Assembly: GCA_951406725.2 (NCBI GenBank)
Contig: OX597822.1
Location: 84,382,001 to 84,446,000, forward strand
DNA from: Octopus vulgaris
Taxonomy: Eukaryota
Length of the DNA stretch: 64,000 bases
Direction of reading: 5' to 3'
The notes below the pieces were generated by a model. It was not told where the DNA came from. It searched no databases and saw only the letters and a program-made list of their open reading frames with translations. The translations under genes were made by a program, and so were the position numbers. This document shows positions 36,849 to 48,307 of this stretch, piece by piece. Each line of letters begins with the position of its first letter. Position 1 is the stretch's first letter.

Positions 36849-38496
36849 GGGTAGCCATGTGTCTCTTCCTCTACTGCAAGATCCCTATTTCTGTCCCACT
36901 ATTCATACTCTAACTTCTCGGCACAAGCCACCATCTTTAATACTGTTCCCTACGCCCACCTTAGTTGGTGGTGGAGGGGGGGTCTTGTCTTACAAGTTAC
37001 TTGGGTGGCTTCATTTCTGCTGGTGCCACATAAAAGTCACCAAGTACGTTCTGCAAAGTAGTTGGCATGAGTAAGGCTATCCAGCCATAGAAACCATGCC
37101 AAAGTAGGTGGCCGGGACTGGCACAGTCGTCTGCCTAGCCAGCTCCTGTCAAGTTGTCCAACCCATGCCAGCATAGAAAACAGACACTAAATGATGATGA
37201 TGATGATGATGATGATGAGTGGTCACTTTTTCCTCATGCCTTTCCAGTCAGATGTACTTTCTAACTACCGGTATATATTCCTTTCAAAAATAAGCGGGAG
37301 AATACAGTGTTAAATTGCTCAACTCCAAGCTTGCTAGTGTCAATGTATGTCTGTGGATTGATAGCTAGCTATGCGTGAGAATTATGTGTGAGAACAGGTG
37401 TGCTCTCTGACCGGCAACACATGGTTTTTTCACAGCATTTGAAAATCTCAGTCATTCACAGACATTCCTTGGAGTAAGTAAGACAACCAAGCAATCATAT
37501 TCTACAAAATCCAACAGAAGCAATATAGTTCTTTCTGCTTGATTTTTCCAGGAGCATTTGTATCACCACCACCACCACCACCACCATCATAATCATTATC
37601 ATCATCGTCATCATCATTTTCCTGGATTAGTTCTACCGTTTGGATTACTTCATCCTCCAAACTTTTATCCACCTTAAGAGTTGTTATTCTACTTCCTTTT
37701 AAGAGCAAATTCGTAATGAACTGAAGGTAAAACAGGAAATGATGACCTAAAGTCTGTTACTGTCACTCTTGACTTGTCAGTAATGCCAGGTAAACTTATC
37801 CAGGCTGGCAGCAGTATTACTCACCAACACAAAAACCAACAACTACAACAACTTGGCCGCTAGCAACTCTTAAACAATTACCTGCAGTGCCACAACACAA
37901 CCACTTAAATTCGCTCCTTCTCTTCATTCTCCTCCGCCTTTCTTTACAACAGTCAATCTCTTTACTCTTCTTACTCATACTTCTCCTCTTGTTCAACACC
38001 CACCCACCCCCACCACCATCATCATCATCGTTATCATCTTCTTGGTTGTTGTCATTGTCATGTATTATTAATATCATCATCGCCGACTACGTCAATATTT
38101 GATATCTTTCAAATGATAAACATATCAACAACAGCAACCACAATAACAAAACAGACTATTTAAGCTCAACCAACACTGTAAACAAAATCAAATGTGTTGA
38201 TTGTTGTTGACATTAACGGAAGGGAAGTGCAGATCGCAACGACCGACAAAGAAAATAATTCTAACGACAGTGATTATCAGAGAAATAACATTCTCAAGAC
38301 AAACACAGCTTATTCCAGCACCAACACGAAACATCACAACATAAAACAGGGGCAACAAGTTTAGACAAAGTTGTTACGGAACATATCTTACAGAACACAA
38401 GACACCAACTTTCTATTCTACTTAATTTAAAGACGAAAGTTTTTTCTTCTTATCAATTTTCGATCCAAACGGCAAGTACTTCTTCTATTGTTATTG

Positions 38497-38543
<47 letters not shown>

Positions 38544-38640
38544 TAGTTCTGATTCCGATGTGACTTTATAGGTTCCTAACATGTTAACAACTTACATGAT
38601 AAAAAAAAATTAGGCATAACTACACAAATGTGTTCCACAA

Positions 38641-39072
38641 GGCGATCTTTCGTCTCTAGTAGACCTATCCGTCGATTTCCGTAAAAAAAAAAATTTTTTT
38701 TTACATATGGGCTTGCGGGAACTTTTGAAGTAATATACATACATATACACATACACCGAGTAAAAAATTTCAGTTATCTCTTTCTTTCACACATTACTCT
38801 GTCTCTTCACACACACTAACAGAAGCACTTCACTTACACAACATACTGTCTGTCTCCCACACCCCATCAAACACACACACGCACACACACACACATGTAC
38901 ATCAATGCTTGCCATGCACGGTAACTTCAAAAGAACTTCCCTCGTCATAAGATCGCTTTCTGTTAGTCTCTTTCGCTCTCATTACTTCAAAAGTTCCCGC
39001 AAGCACATATGTAAAAAAAAAAAAATTTTTTACGGAAATCGACGGAAAGGTCTACTAGAGACGAAAGATTGC

Positions 39073-39073
<1 letters not shown>
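38641..39073. mobile_element. MITE with about 93-bp TIRs
   Basis: GGCGATCTTTCGTCTCTAGTAGACC...GAAGTAAT (38641-38734) versus its reverse complement at 38981-39073; no clear TSD. Confidence 0.88.
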
Positions 39074-39113
<40 letters not shown>

Positions 39114-39771
39114 TCATCATCATCATCATCATCGTTTAACGTCCGTTTTCCATGCTGGCATGGGTTGGACGGTTCAACTGGGGTCCGGGAAACCAGGAGG
39201 CTGCACCAGGCTCCAGTCTGATCTGGCAGTGTTTCTGCAGCTGGATGCCCTTCCTAACGCCAACCACTCCGTGGGTGTAGTGGGTGCTTTTTTACGTGGC
39301 ACCGGCACAGGGGCAAGAGGAGGATAGCATCGACCACGATCGGATGGTGTTTTTTACGTACCACCGGCACGGAAGCCAGTCAAGGCGGCGATGGCATCGC
39401 ACGTTCGGGTGGTACTTTTTACGTGCCACCGGCACGGGGATCATATATATATACACACATATAAATAGTATAGCCCTCACTATCCACCCACCTCTATCTT
39501 CTCAGGCATGTAATATTTCCTCTTTCTGACAATGAATATCATCTCTTTACTCTTTTACTTGTTTCAGTCATTTGACTGTAGCCATGCTGGAGCACCGCCT
39601 CTAGTCGAGCAAATCGACCCCAGGACTTATTCTTTGTAAGCCTAGTACTTATTCTATCGGTCTCTTTTTGCCGAACCACTAAGTTACGGGGAGACGTAAA
39701 CACACCAGCATCGGTTGTCAAACGATGTTGGGTGGACAAACACAGACACACACACACATATACATATATAT

Positions 39772-39836
<65 letters not shown>

Positions 39837-40394
39837 ACGGGAGGCCTTTTTGTGACACTCACTATTGAGGTCAGCATGCAATTTGCGAAATTACAAGCCT
39901 TGGGATAGATTGTGGGTCAGCTTCATGATAGGGGAAAGCAGGTTACTATGAGAGGACCATCCTGATGATGTCCATGTTCAGGTGTCCAAAGCAAGTGGAC
40001 ACTCATCAGCTGCCCCTTTTTACTCGGTCCCACTGTATGACACCTCGGGCAAGTGTCTTCTACCACAGCTTCAGGCCAACCAAAGTGTTGTGAGAAAATT
40101 TGGTAGACAGAAACGGAAAAAAACCGATTGTGTGTGTGTGTGTGCTTTTGTATCTGAGTTTGACCCCTACCACAACTTGATAACCGGTGTTGGTTTGTTT
40201 ATGTCTTAATGGTTCAGCAAAAAGAGACCGATTGAATAAGTACGAGGTTTTAAAGAAGTCCTGGGGTCAATTCTTTCAACTAAAAATTCTTGAAGGCTGT
40301 GCCCCAGCATGGCCACAGTCTAATAACTGAAACAAATAGAAGATAAAAGAAAAAAAAGGATCTTTCTTTTGTAAAGTAATCTTTCCAAGACATG

Positions 40395-40786
40395 TATCGC
40401 CCGGCGTTGCTCGGATTTGTAAGGGAAATAACTATATAATCATTTTTAGAGAGTTATAGCAAAAAAATAGCAAAATATGCATTAAAAATGGAAAAAAAAT
40501 TATGGTAAATTTTTTTTTAAATCGTTGACTCATCGTAGACATTTTTAGAGAGTTACTTCCTTTATATAATAGCGAAAAAATGCATTAAAATGGAAAAAAA
40601 ATGATGGTAAATTATTTTTAAAATCGTAGATTCATCGTAGACGCGCGCTAATACTAAGAAGGGCTCGATATGAATCACGACTATAAGATACCCGGTTTTG
40701 GTTAAGCTGCACCGCAAAATGTGGGAGTAGTTAGGAATCTAAATCGTAGGAGACAGACACACAACTTGACTTTTATATATAAAGAT
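40395..40786 (-). mobile_element. Non-autonomous Helitron-like element
   Basis: Minus strand begins (A)TCTTTATATATAAAA and ends with GC-rich hairpin CCGAGCAACGCCGGG; similar ends near 42457-42485 and 57180-57315. Confidence 0.6.
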
Positions 40787-40953
40787 TTGTTTCAGTTACT
40801 GGACTGCAGCCATGCTGGAGCACTTCCTTGAGGTGTTTAGTTGACTAAATTGACTCCAGTGCTCATTTTATATGGGGATATAAACAAACCAACACCAGTT
40901 GTTAAGCATTGGTGAGGGTGTTGCAAACAGGAACATATAGGTACACACACAGA

Positions 40954-41507
40954 CAAGGGTGTACTGAAAAGTTCCTGACTTTGGGTAAAAGAAAATACAG
41001 GAGGATCAGTTAATTATGATTTTATTCAATATATTCTCCTTTCAGATTCCCACACATGTTGCAGTAGTCCTTCAGTTTTTCTAAGCCCTGTAAAAGAACT
41101 CAGAAGGTTGGGGCTCGAACCAGACCCTTCACGATACCCTACCCTTAAAACCTGTGGACATATTTACAAAGTCAGAAAACAGCACAGCTCCCATGACTTT
41201 AGGAAACATTTTTTCATGCTGAGAGTTGCTGAAGCATGGAACAAACTGCCGGCATCATTTGTTAGTTGTCGGAGCACTGCATCATCCAAAACTTCCATGC
41301 TTTCTGAGATTCGCCAACTCTACACCTGATTTTCTCCCCTCCATACGCACACAAGCATGTGTCTGACTCATACATTGTTCGCTTTCCAGACATTTGTACA
41401 TTACTGCATATACTCTATACGCACTTTCTGACAAGTTGTGGTGCACCTGAGCACTGTATACAATAATTTCATTATTATTATAAAGCCAGGAACTTTTCAG
41501 CACCCTC
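40954..41507. mobile_element. Mariner-type MITE containing a nested LINE 3' end
   Basis: AGGGTGTACTGAAAAGTTCCTG / CAGGAACTTTTCAGCACCCT inverted ends. Confidence 0.7.
41110..41481 (+). mobile_element. CR1/L2-group LINE 3' end
   Basis: TCGHIYKVRK....FRKHFFMLRVAEAWNKLP (CR1-type TRGH..K / FF..RV...WN.LP) followed by an (ATT)n tail. Confidence 0.82.
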
Positions 41508-41989
41508 CACCATATACATGACAGGTTTCCAACACAGTTTCTACCAAATTAACTCAAAAAGCATTGGTCAGCCCAGGGCTATAATAGAAGACGTTTGCTC
41601 AAGGTGCTGTGCAGTGGGAGTGAACCAGGAATCACCTGGTTGCTGAGACTTATCTAAGTGCTGCCCAAGTTTTGCTGATACATAGAATTTCCTGGTTTTA
41701 TCAAGCTTCCAGACAATGAAGCAATCGTACCTTCCAAGTTGTAGCAAATGAATTTCACTTTTAGTATTATCATGGAGACCGATTTTGCAGACAGTGAAGA
41801 ATGGAGTGGCTCCTGTAATGATAGCTGGCATAAGGACTAAGCCATTAGAAAATCCGCATCTGTTAATTGTAGAGCTTGAATATCTTAAAGTTGATTTAGT
41901 GGGCATAAAAAACATGCCCTTTGCTGTAGATCATAAAAATTATATGTAAATATAATTATATACAAAAAAAAGTGCCACAAAAAAACCGC

Positions 41990-42404
41990 GGATCTTTTCG
42001 GTTTGAACGGCAGTTTTTAACATAATTTCTAGGAAATTAAAAAATTTCAAACTTTGTATATTGGTAGAATGTGTTTATAAAACATCTTTTTCTCTTGGCT
42101 TTATTGAGAAAATTCTATAGTTTGTAAGATATTTGTTGGGTTTTTTTTCTTCAATTTCTGCAATTTCAACCAATCACTGACGTCTATTGAGGTAAAAAAA
42201 ACATTCTGTGCCGTATGAATATGTCCCTCGTTTAAGAAACAGATTGGGTTTATTTACATTTATGAAGAAAAAAAGATACCCTTCCCCCTAATCCTAACCC
42301 TAAAACAGATTGAAATGCAATAGATCGATTCTAGGGTCATAATTATGGGTGACAATTTCATATGACACCGCTAGAAAAAACTGCCGTTCAAACCGAAAAG
42401 ATCC
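41990..42404. mobile_element. MITE with GG termini and 8-bp TSD (Merlin- or hAT-like)
   Basis: TIR GGATCTTTTCGGTTTGAACGGCAGTTTTT; exact TSD AAAACCGC at 41982-41989 and 42405-42412. Confidence 0.92.
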
Positions 42405-43372
42405 AAAACCGCTTTAAATTGCTATAACATGTTTCTATGCAAATGGCATTTTGGCATTCGGGCAACGCTGGGTACCTCTAATAGTTCGCGCGCGCGCGCG
42501 TGTAAAGGACAACTGATACCCTAAGCACAACCAATTCAAAACGTTTTCTCGACACATCCATTGTCTGCGAACTTCTGAATATAAAATAATGTTAAAAATT
42601 CTCTTTTCATCCTCGCCATCCTTCAGGCCACCCCCACTCCGTAAACTATATTACATATAACTTGATTTCTTTTTTAATTGTATATGTCTAACGCTAAAAC
42701 AGCAACACACAATATGAACAAAGTATTTAATTCTAAGTAGGGCAACATGTAAAAATACTATTTTTTTCAATTCTTTCTAATTAATTACATTAGGAGGGGA
42801 AAAAAACTGTAATTTATAACTTGCAGCTTGGTAGACCTAATTAGTAGAGACAACTTGACAGTACACCCCTTCAAAGATACGCTAAGCACATGCTTGAGCG
42901 TTAACTCGGTCTGGTTATTTATATACATAAATATATAATCATAACTTCTGTATATGAGCCAAGTGGGAAAGTGAAAGGGTATCCACAATTAATACTTTTA
43001 CGAGTTGGTGACAATTATGTTGTGTACTTCACCCTTCCGTCTCTGAAACTAGTTGACTGGTAGAAAATATGTGAGTGACTGTCTAATTGTATATATTCAT
43101 GTTTGACTGTGGCGGCGGAGAAGCTACGCTGAATTATCTGCTCTCTCTCTCTCTCTCTCTCATATGTATAAATATACATACATCTCTCTCTCTATATATA
43201 TATATGAAAGAGAGAGTGAGAGACAGAGACAGAGTTCTTCGCTTATACATAGGTCGTATTAAAATATGTACAAAGTCCAGCAGAAAGGCACAAGGACTTA
43301 GAATCCACACTCAGCTCGTATACATACTCCATAGACATAAATACACACACAAACTCGTTGTTACTGTGTGTG

Positions 43373-43443
<71 letters not shown>

Positions 43444-43922
43444 TCAGTCTTTTGTATTTTTACTTAGATGTTTCAGCGAAGGTGGTGTCCCAATCACGGT
43501 GGGGCATGGCCTTGAAGGATTTAATGCAACAAGTCGACACCAGTTCTACTGATCCCCTTAAACAAACCAACACCGGTTCTCATGAGGTGAAGGTGGGACT
43601 CATATAAAGATGCGCGTCCGCCGGCACACACGTATACACATTTATACATACATTTACGATGGGCTTCCATGCAGTTTCCGCCTACTAAATTCAATCACAG
43701 TGTATTCGTTAGCTAGAAGACGCTTACCCAAGGTGCTACTCAATGGAGCTGAACCTAAATCGTATGGGTTTAGTTGAAAAGCGTAGCTGAGCTCGTTGGC
43801 GTGGCATCTTGGGTGTCTTCTCTCTTATAGACCAAAGCTGATCAGTGAATTTGTTGGGTGAAAACTATACTGAAGCCTATCGTATGTATACATGGCATGT
43901 GTGCCTCTGTGTTACTAGTTTG

Positions 43923-44149
43923 GGAAAGACTTCCTTTTGTACCCCACCCCCTTTTTTTTTACAGATCGGGTTACGGAGATTACGAATTTGAAAAAAAAAA
44001 TTGGCAATTTTTTTTCAGATTCATAATCTTCGTACCCGAAAACTGCAAAAAATACTACTACTACTACTACTACTAATAATAATAATAATAATAACAATAA
44101 TAATAATAATAAAGTAGGGTTCGGGGAGGGTACAAAAGGAAGTCTTTCC
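43923..44149. mobile_element. MITE with GG termini, 8-bp TSD and internal palindrome
   Basis: TIR GGAAAGACTTCCTTTTGTACCC; TSD CTAGTTTG at 43915-43922 and 44150-44157; internal hairpin about 43967-44039. Confidence 0.88.
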
Positions 44150-44522
44150 CTAGTTTGGGTTCACGCTCTCAATCACTAAGCGGTTTGACCAAAAAGTGAC
44201 CCACACAATAAATACCAGCTTTAGGGTCAATTTGATTGGCTATAAATCCTTTAATGCGGTGCCCCAGCTTGGCCGCAGTCTAATGACAAACAAAAGAGCA
44301 CATAGATTGTCATCTATACACATCAATAGGAACAGCTGTGTAAGATGGCAATTTACTAATTTAAACTTAAAAGGGATATAGGTTATCGGCGTTGTTCTGG
44401 CTCAGTGGTGCGTGACCTTTTTTGTTTTTTCGTGGCTCACATAATCCTAATTATCATTCACGACTGGGGAAAAAAAAAATAAAACCACGAAGTTAGACTA
44501 ATAAAACAAAAAAATATGATGC

Positions 44523-44598
<76 letters not shown>

Positions 44599-44727
44599 TC
44601 GGTGGCTTCCTTGTTCCTTGCATTCAGGGTATTAAAATTGATATTCTTAAATATACAGAAATAGGCTATTAAATGTATCCGTTTAACCACAGGACGGTCC
44701 TTATCAAACAGATCTATGATCTGTATG

Positions 44728-44783
<56 letters not shown>

Positions 44784-44791
44784 ATATATGC

Positions 44792-44822
<31 letters not shown>

Positions 44823-46300
44823 TGTATGTATGATCTGTATATAATACATGCCAGATGAGTCCTTATCAAGTAAGACCTATGATCGAAAACAATCAAGTCT
44901 ACATTTTTTATTCCTTTATAATGAAAAGTGTTTTATTTGAGGTTACTATTTCTAGCAGGTCGATCGGCCACGTAGAGACTCCTAATGTTGAGTAAAATTA
45001 TAAATAAATGGCTCGTTTTGAACCGAACCCTTCGTAGAAACTAGATTATTTTACTTTTACTATGACGTACCCTGCTCCACTTTATAATCTTATTCAGTTG
45101 ACAAGCATGTGTGTATATTGTGTGTATACTAGTTGACAAGTCGTTTTTATTTCCTTTCTCGTTCAATAAACCTTTAAGTACTTTCGTGGTGACGTAGTAA
45201 TTTGTCATTGTAAGGACTTTCGGGATATTTCTTTCGTTAGTTTTGTCATTGTCGGCTGTGTTACTGTGAAGTTTGGACTCTGTTTATTGTCTCTGTCGTT
45301 CTCTCTCATCCGCCAAGTAAGTTGAGGAATTTTCTTAAAGTGTGTGTAGGAGTGCTCTCTCTCTCTTCCTCTGTCTCCCTTGCTCTCTCTCTCTCCCTTC
45401 CCCTGTCTCCCTTGCTCTCTCTCTCCCTCTTTCTACAATACACGTCGAAATTATTAACACTACCATAAGACATCATTTCAAAGTTTTCTAACAAGTATTT
45501 CCAAGCAAACTGTAGCGACTACAATATAATCCAACTAAAACGTTTAGCCTTAAAACGACAATTTGTCATCTTTTTCCAGCGTATTTGTTTCCTCATAACT
45601 TTCTTAATAATGCATAATTTTCAATGGAATTTTGTACAGTTACTTTTTTTTTCTTAATAAAATTAATTAAAAAGAAACAATTTCATCTACATTTTCGTAA
45701 ACGCAACTGCAAAATTTCATTAAAAATATTACTTAAATCAATAAGGGAGCCCACAGCGTGTTCATTGATCCTGCTAGAGATAGTAGCCGAATCTTTCTCA
45801 AATCGTACTCTACTTTCTTCAAACAAAATTACAGGACAGTATACAAGTAAGACTGGAGAGTCACAGTTGTAACGTCGTTGATGAGGTCATATGTCTGCTT
45901 ACAAAAACTGACGTGGGGCAAAACAATAATAAGTAGCCCTAGACCTTGCTGTTTAAATCGGAGTTTCTTTCAGAGATTTGATAAAGAAAATGTCTGTTTA
46001 AATTTTTAAGTTGTACGTTGTAGTTATTATCAAATTCTGTATTGATTTCGTCTGATTAGTCACCAGGCTAACTTTTTTCTCTCGTGGTTATAGTTATTTT
46101 CTATTCTGTGTACACACACACACACCCATATCGTCCGGTGATGGTTTAGCTGGCCAAAAGTTCTGTCAATACTATTCTTGTTAAAGAATAATAGATTTGT
46201 ACTCTTCAAAAGTATGGAGTAACACCCATCATAATGTAAAAGAGATTTCGGAACATAAAAACCAACATTAATAAGTTAATGAATGTATCTCTCTCTCTCT

Positions 46301-46364
<64 letters not shown>

Positions 46365-46365
<1 letters not shown>

Positions 46366-46589
46366 TTTATTTAAAGCAGCGGAAAATTCAACAAAACCTG
46401 TTACTCTGAGTTTCACGTTCCCGTTCGTCGGACAGTTCTAGCAAAAACTGTCCGACGAACGGGAACGTGAAACTCAGAGTAACAGGTTTTGTTGAATTTT
46501 CCGCTGCTTTAAATAAAGCATATTACTCTACCACTGGTATTTGAGTACTCTTTTTTCCACCTTGTTTCACATTTATGTGTTTACTCCGG
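46365..46589. mobile_element. Penelope-like non-autonomous element copy 1 (perfect 73-bp inverted arms plus tail) in a (TA)n array
   Basis: 46365-46437 is the exact reverse complement of 46446-46518; 8-nt loop; tail to ACTCCGG; TA repeats on both sides. Confidence 0.85.
46444..46490 (+). ncRNA. Minimal type I hammerhead ribozyme motif (U4C core variant)
   Basis: CUGU-CCGACGA-ACG(GGAA)CGU-GAAA-CUC(A)GAG-UA-ACAG; stems I, II and III all pair; predicted cleavage after A46481; mirror copy on the minus strand at about 46393-46437. Confidence 0.7.
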
Positions 46590-46613
46590 TATATATATAT
46601 ATATATATATATA

Positions 46614-46836
46614 CTTTATTGAAAAGCAGCAGAAGTATCGCAAAAACTGTTACTCAGAGTTTCACGTCGGACAGTTTTGTTGAGAATCTATCAAAACTGT
46701 CCGACGAACGGGATAGTGAAACTCTGAGTAACAATTTTTGTGATATTTCTGCTGCTTTTCAATAAAGCATATTACTCTACCTCTGGTATTTGAGTACTCT
46801 TTTTCCACCTTGTTTCGCATTAATTTGCTTACTCCG
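46614..46836. mobile_element. Penelope-like non-autonomous element copy 2
   Basis: Diverged tandem sister of 46365-46589; right arm has CCGACGA-AC(GGGAUA)GU-GAAA-CUC(U)GAG-UA; left arm has a core deletion. Confidence 0.82.
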
Positions 46837-48240
46837 ATATATATATATATATTCGCCGTTAAACGAATACAAATATGTACGTTTGGATGTACAAACGAGA
46901 GGTGGGCGAAATTCAAGGAAGTACTCAATATATGCAGTCGAGTTTATTCGGTGCGATTTTTCAGATAGCAAGTCTACGAAATAATGAGTAGCGACGGTCT
47001 GAGTTTGTCAGCTTTGGACGGACATATGCATAGGTGTTGGTGGGGAAACAGTTTACATAGACATAGATACAAACATACATAACCCAGAGAAAAGTTCACG
47101 GAAAATTTACAAGCAATTTTAAAAGTCTAGTCTGCAACATGATTCCTTTAGTAAAGGCAGATCACTGACTGAGGTGGGGGGTACTCCGAGAAACCATTTA
47201 TAATGAACCTACTGCCTCAAAAATTTCTTCATTCATTCATACACGCACAATTCCTCGGCATATTCACACGTATATGTACATAACGTGTCTGTGTGAGAGA
47301 GAGTGTGGGTGTGTGTGTGTAATAAGTCATCAGTCGAGTAAAAGTACGAAATCCCTATTGTTTCTGATTTAGGCACAGATTTCGAGGGGGAGGGGTTTAA
47401 TCAATACCATTTGCCATTACTTGGTTAGTACCTTTCTTTATCGATCCCGGAGGGATGAAAGGCAGAGTTGACCTCGCTTGTATTTGAACTTAGAACATAA
47501 AGAACTGGAAGAAATACCAGAAAGCATTTCCTCGACGCTGTAACAAGCACGAGAGTAAAAACTGTTTTCAACATTCGGGTCGACAAGGAAGTCTCTTACG
47601 TGGTCGCCCGACCTGTTAGAAATAACTAAATCTCCCCGTAAATCCCGTTCTACTACCTTAAAAAGAAAGACATGTTGCATAATGTAATACTAGATATTGT
47701 ATGTCTGAAATAAGACGGGATGGTCACAATTGGAGCGACTTGATCGTGGCTGATATGGGAGCTGTGCTGTTATTTCATTACTCTGCCTTATTGTCATTCA
47801 ATTAAACTTTAGACTTCTTTTCCATTCTTTACTCATAACCTCCTCCTCTTTCCCTACATGTCCTCCCACTGCGCCTCCCCTTTTCCTCCTTCGTCATCAT
47901 CGTAGGTGTGGTCGCCTTCATACTTTTGGCAACACATCAGTTTGTGTGTGTGTAAAGCGTATCTTTTGTTTAAATCATTGGACTGCGCCCATGATAGAGT
48001 ATCAACTCGAAAGGTTTAGTCGAACAAGCTGACACAGGTTGTCAAGCGGTTGGAGTGTGGGGGCAAAGACCAACACCCACATATCTATACAATTGCTTAC
48101 AACTTTCGTCTACCAAATTCACTCTCATGTATTGGCAGCCAATAGTAAAAGACATTTGCCAAAGGTGCCGTCCTCTGGAACCGAACCAGAAACCACGTAG
48201 TTGAAAAGCAAGTGTCTTAACCACACAGCCATGCCTATAC

Positions 48241-48307
<67 letters not shown>

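Noticed and set aside
37776-37825. Possible miR-8/miR-200-like hairpin (TAATACTGC on the minus strand)
   Set aside because: Only the seed matches; pairing is too short and irregular for a pre-miRNA
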